Origin: Squalus acanthias
Lineage: Eukaryota
Direction of reading: 5' to 3'
Assembly (NCBI GenBank): GCA_030390025.1
Contig: CM059432.1
Coordinates: forward strand, 117,120,001 to 117,184,000
DNA length: 64,000 nucleotides
Both the position numbers and the translations under genes were made by a program. The notes beneath the pieces were generated by a model that saw only the letters and a list, made by a program, of their open reading frames with translations, was not told where the DNA came from and ran no database searches. Shown here piece after piece: positions 48,683 to 61,181 of the stretch; position 1 is the first letter of the stretch; every line of letters begins with the position of its first letter.

Positions 48683-49809
48683 TATCTTTCCTTTACATAA
48701 TCTGTTTTCTGTTCTGTAAGTTCTGGTGAGGATTTTCTGGGTTTTTTTTAAACTTGTAATTCAGATCAGATATACCCCAACAGAATTGGATATTCTTTTT
48801 TTAGCTGTGGACGGTGTACTGTAGAGATTCGGCTCGTGGTCTTGTTTAATTGTTGTCATTAAGGAATCGGACCCACCTGATGTTCTGCGTCAATTCACGA
48901 ATGAAGCACATGTATTGGACTGCTGCACTTTGCCTTCAATAATAAATGGAACAAATCAATGCTCAATCTGATATTTGGATTGGCGGAGTACACACACGGT
49001 AGGCATGGGTGAAGAATTTGCCTGAGGGTTAGCTTGTATGATGATAGAAGGCTTGCACCAGCTTTTCCTTTCATTAAAAGTGCAAGATCACACCGACAAA
49101 GTCACAGTTCATACATGATATTATGAATGCAATTCTAAACCAGCTGAAATTCCTCTTCTTGGAGCAATCATTTTAGCAAGGTGGCATTGATTCATGATTT
49201 AATTTACCATGGCAACAAAGTGTGCTCCGCGCCCCGGCGTAACATCAATTTGTTTCCTGAGGTAATCTGAGTTCCGATTTTCTTGTTGCTTTTTCTATCC
49301 ATCTCCTGATGTATATTTTATGAAAGCAGTCATTTGTGATTTTTATTTTTTAAGTATGAGAAATACTGGTTGCTTACTTAACGTAATCTGCGTCACACAA
49401 CATTTTTGGAATGACTTTGTACTTCAACACAACTAGTTCTTATTAATTCTACTTGCATTGTTCTGTTCATTATAATATATTAAGGACATAAGGAAGCATT
49501 GGCTAGTTACCTTCTCAATCTTGCTGCTTGGCAGAGGAATGAACTCCCAGTTGACATGCTAGAAATGTTGTATAAATTGAAATATATATATATGCAATTC
49601 AGCTACTCTTGCAGGCTTTATCTGCTAAGATGTTGCCACATTAAAACATAATTATTTAAATGTGTTGAGGTAAGATTATGCCTCAGCAACGAAAACACAT
49701 CAGCAGGACCGATACATCATTCTTTCACTGCACAAGAGCCAAAAGACTGAGTTATGAGGAAAACCTGAAGAAAAATGAGCTTTCAGCCTTGAAATAAGGT
49801 CAGTGTGGG

Positions 49810-52430
49810 ATATAGGAGCAGGAGTCGGCCATTCAGCCCCTCCAGCCTGTTCCGCCATTCAATTAGATCGTGGCTGATCTGTATCCTAACTCCATCTACC
49901 CGCTTTGGTTCCATGTCCCTTAATACCCTTGCCTAACAATCTATCAATCTCAGTTTTGAAATTTTCAATTGACCCCCAGCCTCAACAGCATTTTGGGGGA
50001 GAGAGTTCCAGATTTCCGCTAAACTTTGTGTGAAGAAGTACTTCCTGACTGCACCCCTAAATGGCCTAGCTCTAATTTTAAGGTTATACACCCTTATTCT
50101 GGACTCTCCCACCAGAGGAAATAGTTTCTGTCTATCTACCTTATCAAATCCTTTAATCATCTTAAACACCCCAATTAGATCACCCCTTAATCTTCTATAC
50201 TTAAGGGAATACAAGCCTAGTCTATGCAACCTGTCCTCATAATTTAACCCTTTTAGCCGCATTATCATTCTGGTGAATGTGTGCTAAACCTCCTCCAAGG
50301 CCACGATATTCTTCCTGAGGTGCGGTGCACAGGCCTGAACAGAGTGGGCTGGATTTTCTGGGGGGTCAGCGGGAGCAATTGGTGGCGGGTCGGGTGGGAA
50401 AGTGTTTTTTTTCCCCGGTGGGTCGGGACCCCACTGTGAACCCGCCGCCACACGCCTTTCCCCGATGTCAGGTCTGTCAGCGCTGATAGAGAGGGACGGG
50501 TGGAGGTGCAAGGTAAGTTGGTGTGAGTAAGGATGTGCAGGAGTAGGGTAGGGAAGGCAGAGTGATGGGGATGTGATGAGAGGCACAGCAGGATGAGGTT
50601 GAGTGTGGCTTTGTACTAACGTTTCGTGATCTACTGAGATCATTGAAACGTTTGTGGCACTGCACCCAGGTCCTTCTGATCACATCTCTGCTTGTGCCCT
50701 CCTCTGCAATGTGCAACCAGGCTGTGTTGGTCTCCTGGGGAGGTCTCTTCCGTCCATGGGAAGGGAAGAGGACCTCCCTGCGTGCTGTGACTCCCTCTAT
50801 AAGCATATGGAGGGAGTCATGGGAGAGCCTGGGTGCAGCCCTGCACCTCTGTGCAGTGATTGTCGGTGTTTGCAGCACCTTACTGCTGTCGAACACTGAC
50901 AGCACAAATGTCAAAATAAAGTTGGCCACGATCCCTTTAAGGAAACCGGCTGATGACGCGTCATCAAATGATGCCAGCAGACCCGCTTCCTCTAATTGGC
51001 CGGCAAATGCGCTGGGCCGGCTTAACAAGCCCAATCAAGGGAAATTCATTTCAGAGGCCAGGATGGAGCCAGCAGCGGGGTCGGGACCCGCCACTGACGT
51101 CACCCGCCACGGACCCACCGAGGTCGGCAAAATCGCGGCCAGTACTCCAGATGTGGTCTAACCAGAACTTTGTACAACTGTAACATAACTTCCACCCCTT
51201 TGTATTTCAGCCCCTTTTTGATAAGGGCTAACATTCCATTAGCTTTTTTGATTATTTTTTGTACCTGTCCACTAGTTTCTAGTGATTTCTGTATATGGAG
51301 CCCTAAATATCTCTGCTCCTCCACAGTTCCTAACTTCTCACCATTTACAAAATACTCTGATCTATCTCTCTTAGGTCCAAATTGGATGACCTTGCACTTC
51401 CCACATTGAACTCCATCTGTCACAGTTTTGCCCACTCACTTAATCTATGAATGTCCCATTGCAACTTAATGCTTGCATCTACACTACTGTGCCACCTAAC
51501 TTAGTGTTGTCAGCAAACTTAGATATACGGCTCTCTATTCCTTCATCTAAGTCATTGATAAATATAGTGAAAAGCTGAGGCCCTAGTGGATTCCTGGGGG
51601 ACACCACTAGTCACATCTTGCCTATTGGAGAACATACACATTGTCCCTACTCCTACTCTCTGTTTCCTATCTCATAACCAATTCCATAACCATGTCAATA
51701 GGTTGCATCCAAATCCATGAGCTTTCATTTTTGCTAACAGTCTCTTGTGTGGATCCTTGTTGAATACCTTCTGGAAGTCCATATAAATAACATCCATAGA
51801 CATTCTCTTATCTACCATGTTAGTGACATGACTTACCCTTTATAAACCGATGCTGGCTCTCTGATCAGTTCATGTTTGTCCAAATGTTCAGCCACTCTGT
51901 CCCTAATGACAGATTCTAGTAACATCCCCATGACAGACGTGAAACTAATAGGTTTATCATTTCCTGGTTTCTCTCTCCCACCCTCCTTAAATAATGGAGT
52001 GACATTGTCAATTTTCCAATCCAAGGGGACAATTCCTGAGTCGAGAGAGCTTAGGAGGAGCGTGACTAAATTGCATCTACAATTTCCTCACTTACTTCTT
52101 TTAATACCCTGGGGTGGTCCTGGAGATTTGTCTATCTTTAGTCTCATTATTTTCACCATTATCATTTTTTAAACTTTTATTAAGTCTACTAAGTTCCTCC
52201 CCTTAATTTAATTTTACTTTTCCTCGTATCTCGGGTACTTTATCCTCATTCTCTACTGTGAAGATCGATACAATGTAAGTATTTAGCAAGTCTGCCATTT
52301 CCTTATTTTCAATGACAATATGATCTGCGTCTGTCTTTAAGGGGTCCCACATTAGCCTTAAACACCCTGTTTCTCTTAATATATTTGTAAAAAGTTTTAG
52401 TGTTATCCTTGATATCCTTCGCAAGTTTTG
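49810..52430 (-). mobile_element. Decayed CR1 ORF2 fragment split by a Harbinger at 50346-51140
   Basis: YEDRLHRLGLYSL, KKANGMLA, RPHLEY, DWKIDNVTPLFK. Confidence 0.9.
50346..51140 (-). mobile_element. Short (795 bp) internally deleted Myb-bearing Harbinger
   Basis: TIRs GGGCTGGATTTT / CAAAATCGCGGCC; AGT TSD; ORF 50477..51034 nearly identical to 46957..47514. Confidence 0.9.
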
Positions 52431-53209
52431 TGACTAATGTGGTACCTTAAGGTTCACAGTTTTTAGTACCCAAGCTTTTTGTTCTCAGCTGTCTGGTTTG
52501 CTTCATCCAAGTTTGATCCTGCTTCTTTCATATCTCACTCACTTGGAAATTTCCAGGATGGCTGAGATCTCCCTCTTTTTCTATTCCTCTGCTACTAGCT
52601 CAGAACCATTTTAGGTCCTGTTCGAATTGCATTCATCTTTTCTTATGTTTTTGTTCACTCAAACTGCTTTTTACTTTTCCCCCTCATTTCACTATTCTTG
52701 ATCACTTTTGCCAGTTGCTGTTTATTATCTTGTTTGGGTACCGGATACATTTATAAACAGTGCCAACAGAAAATGATGGGAATACCGAAGGGATCGGAAA
52801 AGAGAAAAGACTGTTAAAGGTTTCAGTTGTAGACCGTTCAGAATTAACCAGAAGATAGGTGAGCTCCTTTGTAGGATTGAGCAAAATAGTGGGGATGGGG
52901 TGGGAGAACATGAAACTGGTAAAAGTCAAGAGTCAGGAGTGCTGACTCCTGTCACAAAAAGGCTGTTAATAGCTTAACTGGCCACCAAACAGATTCTTTG
53001 CAAAGCTGGAAAGAGGTGAAGACTGGTGAATGACGTATAAAGATCATCTCAGCGAACAACAAAAAGGTGCGAAAGGAGCTAAGTAAGGCAGTGAAAAGGC
53101 AAAAGAAATAGAAACAAAACACAGCTCCAAAAATGGAGGCAAGTGAAGTGGAAGGTTAATGGCAAAAAAACTGCATGTAAACGGGAGAGATGTCCTAGTT
53201 ATGAAGCCA

Positions 53210-53295
53210 GAACAGGAAATGTTGGAGACACTCAGCAGATCAGGCAGTTTCTGTGGAGAGGACAGATACATTCCAGATGTTGACCCTTCGTCAAA
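53210..53295 (-). mobile_element. Degenerate Penelope terminal repeat with decayed hammerhead
   Basis: ACTCAGCAGATCAGGCAG..TGTGGAGAG; minus strand TTGACGAAGGGTCAACATCTGGAATG. Confidence 0.55.
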
Positions 53296-53329
53296 TCACT
53301 CTGCAGTTGCTCAATGAAATGATCAAAAT

Positions 53330-53912
53330 AGAGGCCACGTGGGCCAAGGAGAGCCAATCGGAGCAGGGAATCTCCATTCATAGATTTTGACAGGAAGACC
53401 TGTCAAATCTATGAATAGAGATCAGCCCCAAAACCTCACTTAAACTTCAAATAAATTTTTTAAAAACATCACATTTTTAAAATAACTATAAATTACATAA
53501 ATTAACTACTTTAAACAAAAATTTAAATTTTTGAAAAAATTAATTACACTTTTTAACGGTGCTAAAAATAAACTTACCTTTCTTTAAAGTATGTAAAAAA
53601 GATAAACCTGTTGAAAAAATGTTTAAATTCTACTTAATTCACCACTTACCTTGTTAAAAGCAGGCCTTGCGCCTCCTTTTTGCCTGCGCAGCTTCTCCAT
53701 ACTTACCCTCACGGAGAAACCTGAAAAAAAAAACGAAGTTCGCTGCGTGCCTCTCCGGCGCACACGGTTGACCCTCGAACCCCTTCTTTCACGAGACCGG
53801 AAGTTCCGGTTTCCGGCGCATGCACAGTGCATGCGTGAAACCGACACTTCCGGTGGCCCTACGGGTGAGTACACAGCGCGTACTCACCCGTGGAGACCCG
53901 AATTTCTGCCCC
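53330..53912 (-). mobile_element. Hairpin-rich MITE-like element, copy A (partial)
   Basis: Ends CCCGAATTTCTGCCCC; collinear and inverted relative to 55257-56000. Confidence 0.65.
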
Positions 53913-55256
53913 ATTGTCTTTCCTCCCTAACAGTTTCTGCTACCATCCATAGTTTAGTTGTAAAAGTTCTTGTTGTTTTACTGTTGGAGCAATGGCTTAT
54001 GACAACTGAATAATTTGGAATCCATTTATATTGTATGGGATTGTGATATTTTAAATCCAATATTTTGGGGATTGGGTTCCACAATTCAATCCATATTTCT
54101 GTCAAAATCGAAAGTCAGTGTGCTCGCCTTTAATATACAGATGGCCAGCTATTTCCAATGTCACTGGTTTATGATGAACTAGTCAAATTCTAGTTTTATT
54201 ACATGGGATTCCAGGATTTTATCCAGGTTTTGCTGATTGATTTCTGCGATTCTGACCATTTTTCGATTGAAACCAATATCAGTGGCCTCGCTTACCTTCA
54301 ATGACATGAGTCCTCCAAAGTGGGAAACAAATTCTGTTCCCCACCTTGATGAAATTATCTTGACCACTGTTTTTCAATCACCTTAAAATCTGAGCGTAAT
54401 AAATTTATATTTTTGCGGCCTGTTCCAAAGTAGCTCCCATCCAAAACTAAATGATTAGTTTCCAGAGCAACATATCAGCACATTGCCTTCCACATGCGAT
54501 CCTCGACTTTCTTCTTTTACTGCTATGCCACCATAAGTGTGGAAGGATGGGAATTTCACCACCAGCACCTGAACCGCTGACCCTGGTTAACTGTCCAGGA
54601 TCAGCCTAATTTTTGAATAATTTTGGCAGGGTCACTGCCCGGGGGTGGGGGAGGGTAGAAACTCCTAGCTGCTACAGGATTTGGGCATCAGCAGCTGCTT
54701 AAATAGCCCGTGCCACAGTGAAATATGAAGCAAATTCTGCTGGTGTGGAAAAAGTTCATCGAGACATGAATCACACTGTGAAAGATTGCACTCACTGGCA
54801 GGGGGGTGGGGAGAGAAATGTAAAGTTTAAAAACCCCTTCCACGAGCTTTAGCAATGCTGAATGTCAGTAACATCCTGGTGTTATAAGCGCTGCTATGGG
54901 GGTAATCATGAAGATGATGATGTGCAACATCACTCTATCACTACTGCCCTCAAAGGGGCAGGGCTTCCAGTGGGACAGATGTCGGAAGATGGTTACAGAA
55001 ACAGCGAAGTTCCAGTCCACTGTGCATCCCACACTCTTTTATGCCCCTGAGTTACGCTGGAAAACCGGTGCAACTTCACTGGAAAATCCTATATTTTAGT
55101 GATAAAATTGTGTTTTGGCTCAGCTTTAATCTATATCTGATACTGGACAATGCGGTAAATGTGGATTGTGCAAGATGTAAGATGCAAATCAATATAAAGG
55201 TTGTTCGAAAAGTTCCTCAAAAATGTACACGGTCAGCTGAAATTAAGCAAAACATT

Positions 55257-56000
55257 GGGCCGAAAATTGATCCCGGGACGCGAGAGTACGCACTGCGTAC
55301 TCTCGCGTATTCCCACTCCAATTGCCGGTTTTCTGCATGCCCTGCGCATGCGCTGAAAACCGGCAATTGCTCTTCTGAAAAGGGGGCGGGTCCTGGGTGC
55401 ATCGCGTGCGCGCTACAGGCTGCGCGCACGCTGTGCACTTCATGCTTTGGACGCGCAGGTAAGTAGGGAAGATTTTGGAAATGTAAAAAGGAGGAGTAAG
55501 ACCCGCTTTTAAGAAGGTAAGTAGTGAATTAAGTATTTTTTTGAATTTTTTTTTACAGGTATATCTTTTTTATAGACTTTAAAGACAGGTAAGTTTATTT
55601 TTATAACTTTTTAAAAGATTTTAAATTTTTTCAAAAATTTAATTTTTTATTTAAAATGGTTAATTTAATTAACTATACTTATTTTATTAATGTGATGGGT
55701 TTTTTTTTTAATTTAATTGAGGTTTAGCTGTTATTTTGGGGGGGTGTAAGATTCATAGATTTCACAGCAGGTCTGTGAAACTTATGAATGGAAGATGGTG
55801 TGCTGCCATTGGCTCTAACTGAGTCACGTGATCCCACAGCTCGCACGAATTCACTACGCCGCTGGGATACGCAAGCCCAGCACAGCTGATGTCTGGAACA
55901 TCAAGTTCGTGCGAGCTGGATCTGAAAAAGCACAAGCGAGGTGAGACATCGCGGGGAAGGCTTACCCCCGCGGGAACAGAGCGAGATCAATTTCTGGGCC
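55257..56000 (+). mobile_element. Hairpin-rich MITE-like element, copy B
   Basis: TIRs GGGCCGAAAATTGATC / GATCAATTTCTGGGCC; AT-rich core; four internal inverted repeats. Confidence 0.72.
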
Positions 56001-56099
56001 AACGTTCTAAATAAAAGCATTCCCGGATGAAAATTCCAGTTGAACATCCATTAGGCTGCTACTTATAAGGAAAATAATAAATGGCATTTAAAACATTTT

Positions 56100-56370
56100 T
56101 TTATTCGTTCATGGGATGTGGGCATTGCTGGCAAGGCCAGCATTTATTGCCCATCCCTAATTACCCTTGAGAAGGTGGTGGTGAGCCAAGGGCAGTTAAG
56201 AGTCAACCACATTGCTGTGGGTCTGGAGTCACATATAGGCCAGACCGGGTTAGGACGACAGATTTCCTCCCCTAAAGGACATTCACTAATGGGTTTTTAC
56301 GACAATCCGGTAGTTTCATGGTTACCATTACTGACACTAGCTTTTTATTCCAGATTTATTTAATTAACTG
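56100..56370 (-). mobile_element. Partial SINE of the 11655 family
   Basis: Direct similarity to 11655-11940. Confidence 0.8.
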
Positions 56371-57929
56371 TCACATTGACCATCAAATCACGGCAGTCTC
56401 TGCAACAAAATATGACGACTACTTAGTAACCTAAATAAATAAATGGAATTCAAAACCACTAGTGGGACAATAAAAGATGCACTGCAGCCAAGCTTTGCAT
56501 GAACACCAAAAATCTTTAATATAAGAAAAAAATACCTACGACATATTTAAGGAAGTCTGAGATTCTTCAGGGCACTTTAGCTGCACACCTGGTCAAATAC
56601 ACAAAAGGCAGCCCTGCTACTCCCTGGGTTTTTAAACGTGATTTATACTTTGCAAAATCAGAGAAATTAATTAATGAAGCCTATTCTACTGGAAAGTATG
56701 TATCAACATCTTCTTAACATGTTGTCAGCAAGTCATGCAGCAGCTATTTTAATGTTTCAAGTAAATGAATAATTTCCCTTCCATTATCTACTGAACTGTA
56801 GTGCAGAATTAATGTGATGAAGCAGATATTGTGCTATGACTGATGTGTGCATTGCGGGTAGGACCTGCGTACTGTCACCCCGACCCCCTTACAATAACCA
56901 ATAATCAATAATAATCAATAATGATTCCTCTGCAAACCCGCCTGAAAGGACTGTGGTGGTAAATGGGGAACATCCAGATGGCCAGACCTACTGCCATCTC
57001 CCCAGCCTGAGCTCTGTGTCCCTCCAGCTGCCCCTTTCCCACCTACCACATGTAAACACTGGGGAGGGGGTAGGGCCTGGCTTTCCGACCCATTTTGCTC
57101 CCGCTTGCCCTTCTTACTGCCGCTCTCTAGTACCGCCTGTTGGAAGGTGGAGGTAGGCGTGCGGTGGTGGCAGTAAGGCCTTAAATTAATAGTGGCCTCA
57201 TCTCTCTCCAATTCAACCTCCAGCACTTACCTCTGTAAACCTCTGTCTCTACTGAGGCATATAAAGCCAGGTGGTATTTCTATGCCTTTAAGTTCCCTTG
57301 TTACCTCTTTTGGTGCTACAGCAACATTCTCACTGCAGAACTGCTGGGATTTTGCCCCACTGTATGACAAATGTGCCCCGACCAAGGAAAGTGGGTCACC
57401 AGGAAAATGGGTCAGGGTTGTGATAGTCTCAGGGTGGCTTGCTGAAGTCTTACCCGACTGCGAAGAGGAGAATCGAGCCTCACAGGTTTGGTAATTTAGT
57501 GCAGTTTTAAAAACAGTTGGTTAGCAACAAATACTGGACCGAATACGGAGTGTGGTCAGAAGGAGCACAGTGGAGCTGGCGGTTGTTGCGTAAGTCATTG
57601 TTTGCTCACACTGTTTAAAGAGGAACTTTCACAATTTGATAATATATTTGGATATCTTGAAAGGCAAAGGTTAGAAGTGAAGTAATCTAGAGCCTATGGT
57701 TTATCAGAGCTTGCCCTAGCCAGGGGCAAAATATTAAGTAGATAATTTACAGTTAATTAATTTTACTGACATAAGAGATATCTTCACATTTTTGCAAAAT
57801 ATTGCGCAAACAGCAAACAGTGTTGTTACTATTTAAGAAAATATTTCAGCAAAATGGAAACATTTTTTAAAGTTGTGAAATTTGGTTGGTTTATTGATCT
57901 CAACATTGGCTTCAGTCACCTCCACTGCC

Positions 57930-58760
57930 ATTGTTACTCTCATTGACATCCTTTCTGCCTCCAGGCTCGACTTTTACAGTGCCCTCCTAGCTGGCCTCCA
58001 AAACTGCTCTGCACAAAAATTCCAATTCCACAACAACAGCAACTTGCATTTATATAGCGCCTTTAATGTCGTAAAATGTCCCAAGGTGCTTCACAGGAGG
58101 GTAATCAGACAGGCATTGACACCAAGCCAAAGAAGCAGACATTAGGACAGGTGGACAAATCACCAGAGGCGTTGCCAGATCAGGAGACACTGTAGGTCAG
58201 CGAGCACAGGGGTGATAAGTGACTGGGACTTGGTGCGGCTTAGCATACAGGCGGCAGAGCTTTGGCCATGCTCAAGATTATGGAGGGTGGAAGGTGGGAG
58301 GCCGGCCAGGAGAGCATTGGAATAGTCAAGTCTAGAGGTAACAAAAGCATGGATGAGGGTTTCAGCAGCAGATAGGCTGAGGCAGGAACTGAGTCGTGCG
58401 ATATTACAGAGGTGGAAGTAGACGGTCTTGGTGATGGAGCTCAGCTCATCCCGAACTCTACGTCTGCATCTTGTCTCTTACTAAATCCTGTTCACTCATC
58501 ATTTCCAGTTCTTGTCAATCTCCACTGGCTCCCCATTCCCCAGTACGCATTGAATTCAAGATCCTCATCCCTGTTTACATATCCCTCCATGGCCTCACTG
58601 AACTCGACCTCAATAACCTCGTCAAGCCCTATGTCCCAGCTTGCACACACCTCTCTTCAGACTCTGGAAAGTGCATCAATCATCTCCACTCTCAGTAGCC
58701 CTGCAACTTTCTTCCTAAATCCCTCTGCCTTGCAATACCTCTGCCTACTCTTAAAAGCCT
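57930..58760. mobile_element. Cluster of L2 fragments (a minus-strand 3' piece at 58030-58430 within a plus-strand piece)
   Basis: CAACAACAGCAACTTGCATTTATATAGC is the reverse complement of the 11300 tail; IEFKILIPVYISLHGL. Confidence 0.72.
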
Positions 58761-59464
58761 CTTTAGTTATTTACTGGGGCTGATTTCCTTCCTGCCCACC
58801 TCGACCTATGGACTGGTCAGACAGACTGCCTCTGCCTGCCACAAAGATGCAGCCCTGATTCCAGCCAATTTTTTAACCTCGGGTCATTTAAATAACAGTG
58901 GAGTTTGGCTGCAGCAGGACTCAATGCTTTTGGTTGAAGTTTTTAATTCTTGAAAAATTCATGCTTAGACATGCACAGTCAATGAATTGCAGAGGATTTC
59001 TGGGCTTTAAATTTTAACTACCCCCTCTCTGCCATCATAGCAACATTGGATGTAAGGGAGAAACAGGCATCCCTGATATCCAGTGATGGGAAAGATATCA
59101 AGCGACGCATTTCTGACATTTGACTATTACATTATGCCAGATCATATATGGGTCTCTATAATGTAAGGCACCCATCACCTCTGCCAGCAAATTAAGAGCC
59201 TGGCCCATTTCTCATCCTTGTTTACCCCAGTTCTGGTAAAACCTTGGCAGAGGGAGGACGGAAAATCTCAGCCAATATGTTTGGCTAGGTATCTGAGGGA
59301 GGGGCCAAACCATTCAATTCAAATACCAGAACCTTGTGGATTTTATTTGTATGCATGTTTGAATAACGGCTCTATTTGAGTTTAAGGGACACAAAGTTAA
59401 ACGTTGTTTGTCCCAGTCATATTTGTTAGTCTGCTTTGTTCACATTGAGCAGTCCAATTTTTAA

Positions 59465-59850
59465 TATTTGTTCTTGGAAGGTGGGTGACGCTATCAAGGT
59501 TGTATTTATTGTCCATCCCTAGTTGCTCTGAGAAGGATTAGCAGTCTTCTGCTTGTATCACTGCACTCCTTACAGTGATGCTGCCACACTGAGATTAGGT
59601 AGCCAATTCCAGAATTTTGACTCAGTGACAATGAAGGCATGGTGATATAAGTCCAAGTCAGGATAGTGTGTAACTACAAGGGGAACTTGCAGGTGATGGT
59701 ACGCCCATGATCTTGCTGCTCTTGTCCCTCTTGGTGGTAGAGGTTGTGGGATTGGGAGGCCCTATTGAAATCATTGTGAATTGCTGCAATGCATCCTGTA
59801 GATAGTACATACTGCAGGCAGTGTGCGGGTTGTGGAGGGAGTGGATATTT
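59465..59850 (-). mobile_element. Old LINE 3' fragment of the 41575 family
   Basis: Similar to 41580-41970 (AAGTCAGGATAGTG, GGTGGTAGAGGTTGTGGG). Confidence 0.8.
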
Positions 59851-60980
59851 GTGTCCAGAGAGAGGCACCACAGATGGTTAACAAGACACTCTATTTAAAT
59901 AACAATATTCTGGGACTCTCTCTGTCTGGTCCACTTTATATTGCAGTTTAGTGCAGCAGATGCAACTGTTATTTTCTAAGGACGGGCAGCTAAGCTTGTA
60001 ACTATTGAAAATCTACAGTGTGTCATTGCTTATCCGCTCACTTGTTAATAAATCTGTTGGCAGTTTATAGTCAAAGATACAGCTTAATGGATCGTTTATT
60101 TTATTGCTTCCAAAATTGAGGAAGAGCATAAGAAGACAGGTGATATAACCAGTAGCTGAAATATAGTTACGAGAATTTTCTGTTTGATCACTGAGTTCGC
60201 TACAAATTATCTAGATATTGGGCAGGTCCAGGTCATAGAGAGCAAGGGTTCACCTATAGGAGTGATCCGAGATACTGGACTGGCCTCACCGTCCAAATTG
60301 CATTTCCCTCCCCTCATCTGTGACAAGACAGCTGCATGCAAATGGTAGGGCCCAGTCCCGGTCGATTTTCTGTGTCCTGGAACTGCCATGTGGAAGGTAG
60401 TGGTAGGCCCTGGGAAGCGGTAATAATCCCTTAGGTCCTCCCATGGTGAGAGAGGACCTTGTAGCAGCCTCACTTCCATCCGTTTTGCCCCCAAACCTTT
60501 TTGCCGAAGGCCCCGATCTTGGCTAAGGCTTTCATTGGAGCAGTTCTTCCAATCTTCAGCATGTTTAATGTAGTTCTCATCTTTTGTGGTGCTGCAGTGG
60601 CAATTCTGCTGCACCAGCCCTGGCATTTCCCTCGGGGTCGCTGGTGGGTTACCTTTTGGGGGCAGTTACCCTGTCGGGAGACCACCATGCTTGGGGCATG
60701 ACCTTCGACCCAGGGAAACGGGATGGGGTTGGGGCAGGATCAGCAAGCCAGGCAGAAGTTCCACTCCCACTTCTCCACTCTTTAAAGGAAAGTCCAGCCC
60801 AGTGAATCCAAGAAATACATCTAAAGCCCCAACACACATTTCACACTCATAAAATAGTTTATAAATGAAGTTAACCTTGATAAATGTGGTCATGATGCGG
60901 AGATGCCAGTGTTGGACTGGGGTGGACAAAAATGAGAAGTCGCACAACACCAGGTTATAGTCCAACAGTTTTATTTGAAA

Positions 60981-61018
60981 TCACAAGCTTTCGGAGCTGT
61001 TGCTCCTTCGTCAGGCGA
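60981..61018 (-). ncRNA. Minimal hammerhead ribozyme
   Basis: TCGC-CTGACGA-AGGAGC AACA GCTCC-GAAAGCTT-GTGA. Confidence 0.85.
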
Positions 61019-61032
61019 AGTCTGCTGCTCCT

Positions 61033-61070
61033 TCACCTGACGAAGGAGCAGCAGCTCCGAAAACTTGTGA
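61033..61070 (+). ncRNA. Minimal hammerhead ribozyme, stem III palindrome mutated
   Basis: TCAC-CTGACGA-AGGAGC AGCA GCTCC-GAAAACTT-GTGA. Confidence 0.75.
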
Positions 61071-61181
61071 TTTCAAATAAAACTGTTGGACTATAACCTG
61101 GTGTTGTGCGACTTCTCATTTTTGATAAATGTAAACTGACCTCGCATTCTGATCCTTGGATCAGACTTATGTTTGGGTTCT

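Larger units (their letters stand above)
60888..61121. mobile_element. Palindromic Penelope-derived insertion with two inverted hammerheads
   Basis: 94-bp arms (60927-61020 / 61031-61124, 3 mismatches); TTGATAAATGT duplicated at 60877-60887 and 61122-61132. Confidence 0.85.

Noticed and set aside
54290..54395. Possible minus-strand host exon ending in AAG|GTAAGC
   Set aside because: No convincing acceptor with an open frame and no recognisable peptide
60207..60626. 139-aa minus-strand ORF
   Set aside because: No recognisable domain or splice support; looks like GC-rich repeat-derived sequence
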